DNA of 64,000 bases from Nageia nagi (Eukaryota > Plantae > Pinophyta): NCBI GenBank assembly GCA_050084985.1, contig JBITNC010000001.1:144212001-144276000 (forward strand). Reading direction: 5' to 3'. The notes under the pieces were generated by a model. That model did no database searches, had not been told where the DNA came from, and saw only the letters and a program-made list of their open reading frames with translations. Shown here one piece after another: positions 12,660-33,620 of the stretch. Both the position numbers and the translations under genes were made by a program. Each line of letters begins with the position of its first letter. The stretch's first letter is position 1.

Positions 12660-15600
12660 TATACTATCCTCTTATATAGGTAAAAAAAATGATTTTCTCT
12701 CTTAAAAAAAAATCAAAGTATGAGTGAGGATAATAAATTTAAAAAAATTGAGAGCTATTCCTTTTTATTCAACAATAAATGGCTTAGACAATATTACAAT
12801 TTTTATATACTAATCTCTTTAATTAACACATGCTCACTAGAGGTTAGTATAACAAAAAATGCATCATATTTCTACTTTTAGCCATATTTTGCAAAAATAA
12901 GACGAACTAACACATAAACAATAACATGTTAGTAGCAAAAAATGCAATATTCCAATAATAACCAAAAAAGAAAGATAATATACCTTCTCTTAGTTTTACC
13001 TCAACAATGAAATGAAGAGATGAGGAATGAAGATCACCAAGTTGTAAAAGAAGATCTTTCACACCAAGAAAAAAAAAAATATTCACACCAAGGATGTTAA
13101 TAGGAGCTTCCAAGGTGCTCTAATACCAATTTGAAGGAACTAACACTAACAAGATAATTTCTAATCAACCAAGATCACATGAAAGCTTACAATAACATCT
13201 AACAAACTCACAAAGCAATCTCACAACACAAGATGTAAGTGGTTCCTCCAACTAGGAGTACTTCACTAACTAGATCTTTTCTTCATTCACAAATACAACT
13301 CTCTTACAATCCTCCTAATCTCAACTACTACACTTCTATCCTATAGCATAACTTTACTCCACAATTGGTGTGTGATTACAAAGAGGGACCCTTCTATTTA
13401 TAGGCCAAAATCCCTCTTTGGATCACCCTTTTATCCAATGTACAAATGCATGAAATACACATCCTTTTACCCAAGGGGCATGCTTATGACATGGAGTGTA
13501 GGACAAGTTACATAATCATATTCACTTAAATACTTAAGGTATCAAATGATACCTTTAAGTATTAGTAAACTTACATAGAATATTTAATACAAACCTTTAC
13601 AATAATGCATTATACATTCCAACAAAAGTCAACTAAAAATATGCTAAATTGGAAAATGCAATATCTAATTTAAAATGTTCTTGTGTTTAGGAAATATGGT
13701 CGCATTTGCATAGAAACACAGTAGGGACCCTATTTGATCTTGATGAAATGTAGTAGGGACCATGTTTATGAGAAAAGAGTAGAAAACTTCATTCTCTAGG
13801 TTGGATTTTGATCTTTTTGTGAAACCAAGTTTTCAATAATTCTCAATCATGAGAATAGTGTCTATTAGTTGGTGATTGGTGTCATTTGTGATGGTCCAAC
13901 TCTTCTTGAAAATCAACATGTAGTTTTTCAAGCACATATGAATAATGCTCAAGATATTATTCCTCAACCCTAGAACATACAATGTGTCATGCATATGCAT
14001 TATCTTATTGATCTTTACTTTGAAAGCAATAGAACTTATATCGGCAATACTAACCTATTTGTTGTCACCAAACCTAACTTTTCCAGTGACATTCTTCTCA
14101 AGATTGACAAACAAGCTCTTATTTCCAATCATATGGTTAGAACAACTATTGTGCAAATACCAAATTTGATCATCAACAATTTCAAAGTTGTTATGCATTG
14201 AAACAAGTTGACATCATTGTTGGAATCTTCAGTGAAGTTGACTTTGTGTTGTTTCTTCTCCTTTTAGAAACATTGTTATTCTATGTGACCATATTTACCA
14301 TAATAGTCATAATGGCAAGGGTCTGATATCTGGCTATGACCTTCTAAGCAACTTCTTCCTCTACCATAGCCACCTTTGTAACCTCTATCATTGCGACCTC
14401 TTAAAGAAGAGTTGGAGCTAAAGGAAGTGGAGGCTTGATTATTCATTATGAGCTTGCCTTGAAAATCTTGATCAAGATCCTCAAACATGTCTTTGATCCT
14501 TTACTCATAGGTCTTTAAGCTTTCAAGAAACTCAATTAGAGTGAGTTGGGACAAGTTCTTAGACTCCTCTATTATGATGATGATGGGATCAAACTATTGG
14601 GGAAGGCTTCTAAGAACTTTTTCAACAATATGAGTGTCACTAAGATCATCGCCATGAGAATGAATAGCATTGACCAAGTTCTGAACTTTGTTCATGAATA
14701 CCTCAATAGTCTCTCCATCATTCATTTTGAGAGATTCAAAATCTCTCCAAAGCATTTGTAGCTTGGCTACTCTAACCTTGGCGAAGCCCTTGTAGGCACT
14801 CTCAAGCGTATCCCAAGAAGCCTTTGAAACTTTGTATTTTGCTATCTTAGGAAAGATTGAAATATCTATCCTACTTTGTAATGCAAATAGAGATTTAGCG
14901 TATTTTATCTAAATGTTCAAAAGCTTTTTTTTCTCATCCGATATGAGAAGTGCAAATATCGTTGCATCTACTTTTGTATAACCATGGAAGACAAGAATCC
15001 ATAGGTCTTGAGAGATGAAAAACTTTCTCATTCTGATACTCCAATATTCAAAGTGTTCACCATTGAACATAGAGATCAGAAATTGAGAATAATTTTCATC
15101 CTTTGAATCCAATTTAAACCAATAAATTATACCATTCTGATACCAATTGAATATTTGATATGCACAATCAATAAAAGTATTATCATGGTCAAATATGTAG
15201 TCATGATCAAACAAGGCACTAGTCATGGTCAAATAAATTTTTTGTACAAAATAATAGAGTTACTATGCTCAAGATCAGTGCAAATATCATATTCCTATAC
15301 TTTAAGGATGATAATGTAAGCAATAGTTAGTCATGGTGCAACACTAGGAGGAAATAGGGCAATGTCATATTTTTACAAAGATGAAATCAGCCAAAGAGTT
15401 ATCGGGATGCAGCCTAGGGAAAATTCAATATATCACACTTTCCATAGGATGATGTCAGTAAATATATTACAATGATATAATACTGGGAGAATAACGTTGA
15501 GTGCCATATGGCAAGAGAAATGATATCAACAACATAATTACCAAAGTGCAACACAATAAGAAATGCAACAAGTATCTACCAACAAGACATATGACATTAT

Positions 15601-16679
15601 CCAAAGCTCAAAGAAAGATCAACAAGGCAAAAAACGTAATGAATATTGGGTGGCAAGAGTAATGAAATCATCAAAATCTCAAGAGTAGCATGGAAAGGAA
15701 AGAATAGCATTGAATGTTACGCAATAAGAGCAGTGATATCATCCAAAGTATGAACATGATGCGATAAGGCTTTATAAAGTATGGTATGATGCAACATGGG
15801 ATGATAAGCATAACATAGTATAGCGAACATGAAACGACATGATAAAGCATCAAAATGCATCTAGTAAGCAAGTAAATCTATCAAGAAGCCTAAAACACAT
15901 TCTATCTTGAAGATGAAGGTCCAATACTGCTTTGAAGGGTATGAAAATAGATTTAAACACATGCAAAGAGGGAAATCTAGTTTGGACATGATTCTAGTAA
16001 GGGAAATCATGAAACTAAAGAGCTAAGTCAAAGACTTAAGTGTTTAGACTTGTCTAAGATCCAAAATAGGATAACAAGAATGCAAACCAATATATTTCAC
16101 TTATGAAAGCATAAAACAAGAATATGACTAATACTTAAAGAGCTAAAATATGGACTTAATGATAAGAAGTACCTCAAACCAGCTTCAATATGCTTGTATG
16201 AAGATGTCAAGTCATACACGATAATTCAACCACATGAAGAGAAAGAAAATAGAGTTGCAGAGCAACAAAATATTTTCTACTATGAGTGATGAAAATGGTA
16301 GCATAATATTACTATAATCTCTTCTTTATGTATTACAAAGGAAAACTAATTCCTATTTATAGATACAAAAGGTAGAGTATTGAAGACTCCAAGAAATCCA
16401 ATAAATCACAATCCACTCAGAGAATTATGAAAATATAAATGAAATCTATAGAAAGGAATGGGTGTCCATGTTTGTGTGTTTAAGGAAAATTTGATCAGAT
16501 TATGAACATTAAAGCTCTACTACATGCCTGCAAAAGGAAATAAATATCGATAGGTGAAGAATCAATATATTGCATTGTAGCCATTAGAGGAGATGTGCAT
16601 GTGTGGAATATGCGACCAAAATAAGAATTCAAATCTGAACATCAAATTCCTTCATAAATATGCTATCCAGATTGACTTT

Positions 16680-19600
16680 TTGATTGGGTAAATGATGCCA
16701 ACATGAAACAATTTTATCACTTCTTATTTCATGGTTGTTTTAATCAAAGGATTAATAGGTATTTGCTTTTGCCTAATTGGCTTTGCATCTTCAATGAGAT
16801 TAATTGTGTGTTGAATAACACCGTTGTTATACACTTTGAGGTCATCATAAGACCAAGTTATAACTCTAGCAAACTCCCTATAGAATTCAATAATTTATCT
16901 ATTTTCCTATAAGTTGTTCTGATTTCCAATCTTAAGAACCTTCCCTAGGGATATCTCTATGTCTTGATAATTCTTCTCTTCAACTTGCATTCTCTTTCTT
17001 CTTATATGATCATCCTTATCAAAGAGTCTTTCCAAAGAAATAACATCTTTGGGAAGGGAATTATTCTGCAATTGAATAATATCTTGCTCTTTGAATGGTT
17101 CTTGAATAGCTTCTACATCATGTCCATTTATCAATTGTTGTATTAACACTTGCGAGAAGCATTCATTATCAGGGACTAATGGTCTGTAAATAATCTTAAC
17201 TCTTGAACAGTTGAAGAAAAATTCAATTGGTTCAAATTGTGTTTCTTTATGAGCAAGTGCATCAACTTTTGCATTTTTATCAGTTACCTGATAGATCATT
17301 AATTCAAAATCCTCAATAATTTTTATGCATTTGATGTCCATTTTAAGATCTTATTCCAAACCCAAACACAATGCTTCATATTCAGCTGCATTATTAGTGC
17401 AAACCTAAATTAATCTAAAAGAAAACTTCTTGATACCTTCAAAGGGTGATTTAAAAACTATCCTAGATGTGGCCCCATTCTTTGACCTAGCTCCATCAAA
17501 GTACATTTTCCACACTTCTGAGCTTGTAAGTTTTTATTTTTTTAATGTTGGTATAGGAGTCTCATGCTCACTGATGACATAGTTGTCAAGATCAATGTCA
17601 ACTATTGAATTTAGAAAATTTATTATGTATCCATCCTCAGTGTGTAGTTCTTTAATTAATCCATCAAGTTCTTCAACCTTGTTATGGTTGAGATTCACTT
17701 GGTTCATCTTTTTTACATGGAAAGGAGATGTAGCTTCATTGAAATTTTTTATTCTTTTATCTTTGACAGGGACCATAATGTGAGAATAATCCATGGCTAA
17801 ATATCCTCCAAGCTTGGCTATGAATTCTTGGGATAAGCATATACTGAAAAGAGAGGGTAAAGCAACCGCTATGATGTCTTAGATAACAAATACATCAAGA
17901 CACTTATGTAACTTCATACCCACATCATTTACTACCCCAATTATTTTCATATTTATCTCATCTAATTGCAGTACTTCATTAGATATCCTAATACATGTTA
18001 GACCTATTACATCAAAGACTTTCTTTGGCATGGCTATTATTGAAGTTCTTGAGTCTATTAGACAGTTATGTATTTTATGACCTTCTATTTGCAATGTGAT
18101 GTAAAAATGAGGAGGTCTTATCTTACCCATCTCAAGAAGCTTTGCAGCTACTTCTAAGTTGAGATTAGAAAAATCTTCCCTTTTACTCAATTATGCTAAG
18201 GATACTTTAAGAAAATATATTTGTTCAAGAATTTGCAATGCATCAAAAAGGGAAAAATTTAGAATGGGTTCTTTTTAACTCATTAATAATATTATAAGGA
18301 GCCAAGTTTGGAGGCCTACCTTATTTCTCTATATATTTCTTTTGAAATTGTTGTGTAGCCTCTTCTCTGAGTGATCAAGTCAATGATAGAAATTTGAAGG
18401 TTTTCACCATTTTTCATTCTTGTCCTCTAGTTGTTGGTTTGCACTAGATGACTCAAGCTTGTTTTTATCAATTTCCCCTTAAACTTTTAATTTAACCAGA
18501 TCCTTTATTTTCTCTTTCATTGGTTCTTTTGAAACTCCTTCATGATGCTTAATAGGAACAAATAGGTCTTGAGTAGGAGCCAACACAGTTGAAATCTCCT
18601 TAAATGCTCTCTTTGAAACTCTGGTTTATACAAAAAAGACACCAATATTTGTTGGAGATATATTCACAGCATTATGCCTGATGAATTTGAATTCATACAT
18701 TAATAATTCACTCCCTTGTTTGCAACTAATTGAGACTTATATTGATAATTAGGCCATGATTCTTGCACATGAGGATCACTACATGTTTTATACCACTCTA
18801 GACTCGATATCGTAGAAGCTTCTAGGGATGTGTGAACTTTATCATCTTCCTTTCTTGGTTGGTTGGGCATCTGATCCATTATTTAATATGAAAATCCTCT
18901 CCATCAAATATTTGATTGTTCCTTCCCATTGTAGTAAATTGGTTCATCATATTTTAGAGCATGAATTTAACCTCATTTATTTCAACCTGCATGGGATTTT
19001 CATGTCGTACTTGAGCAATTTGAGGTGGAGTAGGCAAGGCAAGTGGAACATTTGGTGTCAAAAGGGTTAATGGTGCAATAAGAGCAAGCAATGCCAGAGG
19101 AGGTTCTATTAGAGGATTAAGTTGAGGAACATTTGCCATAGGGGGAGAATATGAAACAAGCAATGCTTTGATTGCTTGAGATTATATGAAATATGAGAGG
19201 AAGGCATAACCATCTAACTTGGGAGCTTTCCAATAGGTATAAGGGATGCTTCAACACTTATTGCAGTCCTATAGATTACCAGGAAGTGTGTTTCTCCCAT
19301 CATTTGTATTTACAATGCTAGATCTAGAGAGAAGGCACTGAGATAATACATATAAGGTTGAGATTCAAAGGCTCTTACATGAATTAGAACTATTTCAGGT
19401 TTTTCCAAATTGGATATTAAAATTAGTAATAGCTTCTTAATCATGCATTTAGATAGAAGTGAAATGTGTTATCAAGGACAAGGGATCTCCTACTTCATTG
19501 AACTCGAAGATGAATGACTCAGCTAAGTCACACCAAGTAGTTATTGAGCCATTAAGCAAGAATCTAATACCAATCTAAAATCTTCCCTTTCAAATATTAG

Positions 19601-20780
19601 GCAAGCAACCTAACCATAACATCTTCTTGAGTGATGTTATAAGTTTTACCCATGGCAATGATATCGAGCAATGTTCATATGTAATCTTTCCAATTCCCTC
19701 TTAAGCTTGAAAAGACTTTAAGGCATTAAATGGAACAAGAGCTGGATTTTGCGAATTCGTAGGCCCAATAGTATTCCATTCAAGATAAATTTAAGGTGCA
19801 ACAAGCGCAACCATATTTGTTACAACATTAAACAATGAAAGAAATGGAGCAATGGGAATATGGTTATGAGTCAAGATATCAGTCAAGGATTTGGTTTTCC
19901 TAATTGAAAGAACTCTTTTCCCAAATTGGTCAAGTTCTAAGAAGTTAGGGTATTTCTTGGATGCTTTAGCCTTAAACCTTGTAAGCATGAACTTCCTTGA
20001 GAATTTGAAAAGGACTTGTAACCCTAATGGGTTCTTTCTTAAAGAAAATTGTGCTAAAAGAATAACAATAAATAAGAACAACTAACCTTGTTTGTTGTTG
20101 AGTTGCCAATAAGATCGTTGGGGACCTTATAAACTTTTTGAATGGTGGATTGTGTCCTATCGGATGTGCAAAAAAAATAAAACTACTGATTGAGATTGAT
20201 CATATGCACATATATGTGAATCACAATCAATTGATTCATTAAGGATTAACTGTATTTTCTTCAATTTAGCCCTTTTTCAACTTAGGATCAAATTGGATCC
20301 ATGTCAAAACAATATTCATGATCTCATCACTCAAAAGATTGCCTCTTTCTTAATTCAAAGGTAATCTATTCTTCAACATGATTTAGCTCAAACTTTCAAT
20401 CCGACATTGCATATTCTCAAACATATTCTTATGAGCTTGGCTTCCTTCACTCGACTCCATTTGAGGGGTTAGTTCCCTAGCACCAATGGTTAGTAGTGCT
20501 TTGAATGCTTTTGGATGTTCCTAGATAATATCTTTAATAAATTTAAGGATTTGATAGGTATCAATGCTTGTAACATTGAAATGAAAATATTGAATCCCTC
20601 CAAGAACTCTAGGGTTTTTTGCTCATAAAAGCACCCTAAAAACTGAATGATTGGTTGAAACATGAGTTGACTTCACCTATATTTTGATACTAAAAATTAA
20701 ATGGATAAATCATAAATAATTCAAATAGTATCAAATATGTAATTAATTAATGATAACTAAAAATCAAGTGTGGGGTACAA
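16680..20780 (-). mobile_element. Truncated Ty3/gypsy Tat-type element (gag-PROT-aRH-RT start)
   Basis: Gag ~19270-19790; protease HNCLIDSR ~18050; aRH WKMYFDGA..TNNAAEYEAL ~17260-17515; RT N-terminus WSYDDLK..IQHTINL..KPIRQK ~16700-16890. Degenerate tRNA-Arg-type PBS at 20154-20171; likely 5' LTR ~20177-20780. Confidence 0.82.
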
Positions 20781-21871
20781 TCCAATTATTGGAAATCAAA
20801 CCAAATGTAACCAAACAAGAGAAAAGTGATACCAACCATGTCATCTTACCTCTTGAAAAGAACAAGTTCTTGATGAATCCTCACAAGATCTCAACTCAAT
20901 AATCCACATGAATGTGACCCTGAGACTAGGTTAAGATCCTATCGCTTGTGCTAGAAAATAACTAACCTCCATTAAGAGATCAATTAATCAATACCTGTAG
21001 GATAAGAAACATTCTCGTGTATAATGCAAAATATGGAAATCGACAAAGCTCGTGTGAAAGATAAAATCTCAAGTCTTGTAAAGTGGTGCTAAGAATCATC
21101 AATTAATAGAATGTATGTTATGTATTCTTCTTTAAATATGCAAATCTCCATTTGACCCAATCTACCTTGCTTAACACTCATTTGATCCTTACACCCAAAA
21201 AGCGAAAAAAAACATAAGATGATTTACATGTTAACCCAATAATATAATATATCATAAAGAATATCTAAATAAAAGAACATTTATTTTCATTTATTTAAAG
21301 ACAACTGTAGTAGGAAAATATATATATTGTATGTATCATCTCTAACTAACATCAAATGTCTTATTCTTCATCAAAGTTGGATATATCTAAACTCTTTTAC
21401 TACTATAATATTTGAAACGTTGAAACGAAACAAACAAAACAAAATCCAAAAAATATAATATGCTAATTTTTTGTTATTTTCTCATATTATTATTTTTCTT
21501 TTTTCACAAACCCTAACAGTAGTTCTATAATTTAACTTGCATGGATAAATCTCAAAAAGTAGAATAGATTCAAACTCTTACACCAAAATTAAACTGTTGA
21601 ACATTCTTTGACCGAGTAGAAATGAAAAAAGAACTTCCTCAATGGTTATCTTTGAAAAATGAGAAGAAACATCCTCACACTTTAAAGCATTACTTTCGGA
21701 CAAACTTAAAAAAGATTTTCAAAAACACTTTTCATTTGAAAAAAAAAAGTACAATATATAAAATCTCTCATTAAATCGCTCCAATTCACTTAAACATGTG
21801 GGATAATACTACCTTCATATTTTTAATTTTTGAGAATCGATGCCATGACATTCTCTATATTTCCTAAAAAG

Positions 21872-22834
21872 AAAATCATAAACAACCACTTAGGAAACAT
21901 TTCTGCTTCCTTTAAGATAGTTATAAATATCAATCCACCTTTTAGACTTCAATGGATCTGCAATGTAATTCAAAAGCTTCAGTACAGTCTAATCATATAA
22001 ATTGAGGGGATTACCCAAATGTTTAAATATATTGATAAAAGACGGTGATTCTTCTAAAGTGCGTGAAAACAAAATCCATAAAACAAACGAATTTTCCAGA
22101 GACATCAATTATTCAATTGTGTAAAACAGGTTCTTTCATATTTGTAATGGCTGATCGTTAGCAAGAGACTGAACAGCATTTGCACAGCCTTCTGATCAAG
22201 CCTAAATACCTTGTAAATTCAAACTATAACGATTGGAGCAAGAAATAAATTGGCATTGGCATGGTTTGATTTTAAAAGCATAAAAGTACAAATCTGCAAA
22301 AGGATAGTAGTATATTGTACCTCATCATTTTACAGTAAAATAAAATCCTAAAGAACCACTGGAAACATTTCTGCTTGCTTAAGATAGTTACAAATTTCAA
22401 TCCACCTTTTAAACTTGAATTGGGTCTGGGATTGTAAGTCAAAGACTCCAGTCTCCAGTACAATCTATTCATATAAATTGAGGGGGTTATCCAAATGTTT
22501 AAATTTATTGATAAAAGATGGTGACTCTTCTAAAATGTTTTAAAACAAAATCAATAAAACAAACAAATTTGCCTTAAGACATCAATTACACAATTATTCG
22601 ATAGTTTGAAGCGGGTTCTTTCACATTTGCAATGGCTGATCATTTGTGAGAAACTAAATAACATTTGCACAGCCTTCTGATTAAGCATAAATACTTGGAT
22701 AGTAGTATAACGTAGCCCAGCCTTCTAATTGTAAAGATCAGAGCAAGAAACAAATTGGCATTGGCATGTTTCGATTTTAACAGCACAAAGTACAAAACTG
22801 GAATAGGATAGTAGTATATTGCAGCCCATCATTT
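21872..22834. repeat. Two-copy ~470-490 bp tandem duplication in the RPT4 3' region
   Basis: ~21872-22330 and ~22342-22834 are collinear (GGAAACATTTCTGCTT..AAGATAGTTA..; GCACAGCCTTCTGAT; AATTGGCATTGGCATG; GGATAGTAGTATATTG). Confidence 0.9.
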
Positions 22835-22891
22835 GTCCTGGCATGAACTACAATATAGAATCAATATGCACTTTCCAAAGTTTTGAATGTT

Positions 22892-30547
<7,656 letters not shown>

Positions 30548-32999
30548 TGCAATCCTTCGACCCCTCTCCTCCCTTTCTCTGCTGAATATTTTCTGGCCCT
30601 GGTAGTCTTTTAGTAAGCTCGGAGGATTCGAAACCCTGACCTGTTGTGTGAAAAAAGTAGTTAAAGCTCTTCCGTTCTATGAATTATAGAGCAAACATGC
30701 TTTTTGATCTTTATTTACTTTTTATTCTTTTTTATCTACATTTACTTCTTTTTTTTTTTGTTGTGGTTGAAATGCTCATAAATTAAGTTCAAAAGAAATT
30801 TTTCATATTTTAATTATCTTTGTATTATCAATAAAGTAAAAGTATGTAAATAATAAAATTATATGAATGTTGTAAGAAAATAACTTAATCATTATTTAAA
30901 TGATTGAGAAAATATTATCTTTTTAAATAGAATAATTTAATACTAAAGATAAGTTTTAATGCATGATGCATTAAATAATATGTATAAGTTTAGGTTTAAT
31001 GTACAACTTTGAACGAGTTTTTTTTTTTTTCCAATTTGTAATTAGAGAGATCAAATTTTGCTTTTCATTCAACTTATTTATCAAATGAAAATATGGTGAT
31101 AATCATTTATGTTCTACCTTAGCTTTATATCAAAAAAAAGTGTTTTCACATGCTAGTGTTAATCTCCTTACCATGACCATTATAAAATAATAGAAAAAGT
31201 AAATTGTAATTCTTATAATATAGAGTCTCATACATAATAATAAGCATTTTCATCTAAATTTCTACGCCAAAACTTTTTCTTAAGATCTAGTCATGGATGA
31301 AAATCTTAAGTTTAGCAACTTATAATATCTATGGTTCATAAATTTCTATATGGAAAAAATGAAGAGGGTTAAACCATGGGCATAGGAAAAGAATAAAAGC
31401 ATCTTCTTGAAAAAGTAGTGACAACCAAATATTTAAAAAATTACATTATAAACCAAATTAAATTTCAAACCTTCCCCAACAAAACCAAAGTTTGGTAAGC
31501 TCCCTATCCTTCGAAATAATCTTGACAATAAAGGAACTTGTAATTACAACAAGCTCAAGAGTGATTAATAAAGTTTGAAAATTGATACCTCTCTGAGCTT
31601 ATTTTACATAAGGAGCCTAGAGGAAATGTAATGTGGAAGAACTTCCCATGCCTCCTTCCCTTCCAAAGCTCTAATAATCTATTTCACACATGACATGACA
31701 TCTTACTTATTAATATTCGTTAAACTCATGCAACTTTGTGAAACTTTGATCTAGAGGGAGATTACAAGTATCCCAAGCAACTATATGGAAGTTAGATCTA
31801 GAGGGAGAAGTGCAAAGAAAGTATTACAATAAGCATTTAGTTTCTTGTAGATAGATAAATAGATAATTCTTTTAACATCCTTTTAAACTCAATGGTTTGT
31901 AGGACCTATCAAAAATTTTCCAAAAATGAAAATATACCAATTAAATATATTAATGAGAATATATCAATTAAGTTGTTGACTGAAAATATATCAATAAGAT
32001 AGATAAATTATAGATAGATAGATAAGTCTTTTAACATCCTTTAAGACCCATGGGTTTTTTCAGAAGTAAATATAGATCAATTAAGTATTTGAATGATTAT
32101 GTCTCACATAATTAAGTTGTATAATAAAATCATCAAGCTTATTTTGATTATTTTGCTTTAAGAATTTGTTGATCAAGTTGAAGTTACATATACCTTTAAA
32201 GGTTTGTCTAATGTATTTGTATATTGCTCATAAAAGAGAAAGTGATTCTCATCCTCCATGGTATTAAGATTATTGTAGCCACCTAATATGATTTCTATTT
32301 AATATAAAATCATAGGTAATAAAGAAATATATTATAAAAGATGTTGAAAAATGTTAATGAAGACATCATAAATAATGTAATTGGTGTCAATATCAAGAAA
32401 AGCACAAGAAGTTATGTAATTCATGTAGATCTCAAGAAACATAAGTATCCAAAACATTTAACTATAAAAGAAGAACCAAAATAAAGCATTCCCTATCAAA
32501 TGATTGAATATTAAATAGGTTGACTCATGATTGATCCACACTTTAAATAATAATGGTGTCTCTTGATGCCACTTATTTGAGGATATGTTATCTACTCTTC
32601 ATCTTAACGTCATATCATTTGGATTTGTTTGCATTTCTATTAGGTTGAACAACATCCATGATGTGCAAAGACAATCTTCAAGGCATGTATGTTGTGCCTC
32701 TTCCATCCTTGGAGTACCATATCTGAAAGATAGCTTTGTCAAAACTGAAGCATATCATATATGACAAAGAAGAAATCTAATCCAATTATAGTGATTATCT
32801 ATATTTTTGCAATTGTCTTCATAAAACTACAATTAATATTTTAGTATGAAATAGTGATTTGTTTAATTACAATTCATTATTTACACACTACATTTTGGTG
32901 AAGTAGATTGATTGAGGGATTTTATCTTCATGGATAAAATCTTGTACAAATCTTCAATTGAGTGTATGGTGTCGATGGCAGTTGGTACCTGCTAACATA

Positions 33000-33620
33000 A
33001 TGTTTATGTTATCTAAATGGCTCATAATCAATAAATAGTAGAAGTACTAGATGTTATCAAAAAATTAACAACAATTGTTACATCCCATCTAGGGGAACAA
33101 CAAGCATCAACAAGTATAAATCAGGTCTCAACTCAACCTTAATCCATGGCTAATATGGCTAAAAGAGTAACACATTTGGAAGATAAAAAGACTATCGAGT
33201 ATAAATATGAGGATTATGATGATATCTTCACTTCCCCCTTATCGTAAGAAATCATCAGCTTTCCCTACCACCCGATCTCAATATCTCTCAAGTTTTAGAC
33301 ATTTAGTGGTGAATAAGACCCAAAATAATATCTTAGTAGCTTTTAGGAAGAGTTCTTGCTAAAATTGGTTGCCAAAGAAAAGTTGATGGTCAAATTCTTC
33401 CCAAGGAGCCTCAAAGGATATGTTAACTAATGGTTTGACAATTTGTTGCTCCAATCCATTGATTCTTTCAAAGCCCTTGTCCAAGCATTCATAGACCAAT
33501 ACAAGCATAACATCAAAGAGCAAGCCAAAGTCATATATGTGTGTTCCTTACACCAATGGCTAAATAAATCCAGTAAGAAGTACATCCCTCATTATAAAAA
33601 GGTATGGCATTCCACTAAGA
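33000..33620 (+). pseudogene. Ty3/gypsy gag fragment
   Basis: KF*TFSGE*DPK; KLMVKFFPRSLKG..WFDNL..SIDSFKALVQAFIDQY (retrotransposon gag domain). Confidence 0.75.

Larger units (their letters stand above)
4985..13624 (-). mobile_element. Ty1/copia element B with ~3.6 kb leader, inserted in the 5' LTR of A (5' LTR 13132-13624; truncated 3' LTR 4985-~5229)
   Basis: TSD AAAGT at 4980-4984 and 13625-13629. TG..CA termini, PBS at 13117-13128. LTR and gag-pol are homologous to element C. Confidence 0.93.
514..13838 (-). mobile_element. Ty1/copia element A inserted in Z (3' LTR 514-944; 5' LTR 4731-4984 + 13630-13838, split by element B)
   Basis: TSD ATTCT at 509-513 and 13839-13843. The two LTR copies are alignable. 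PPT at 945-957, PBS TGGTATTAGAGC at 4716-4727 (-). Confidence 0.92.
1..15147 (-). mobile_element. Decayed Ty1/copia element Z (outermost host of the nest); internal region 1-513 + 13839-15147, 5' LTR starts ~15148
   Basis: Gag N-terminus (FNGEHFEYWSIRMRKFFISQDLW) at ~14909-15110 and iMet PBS (TGGTATCAGAAT on -) at 15134-15145. Integrase-region relics lie at 1-500. Joining 513 to 13844 restores sequence collinear with sister element D at ~41810-41880. Confidence 0.85.

Noticed and set aside
15230-16560. Defined LTR or element
   Set aside because: LTR-like (reverse TATA at ~16352), but termini and a partner copy could not be fixed.
31000-32950. Discrete element upstream of RPT4
   Set aside because: Only short duplicated PPT-like and copia RNase H-end-like scraps; too decayed to call.
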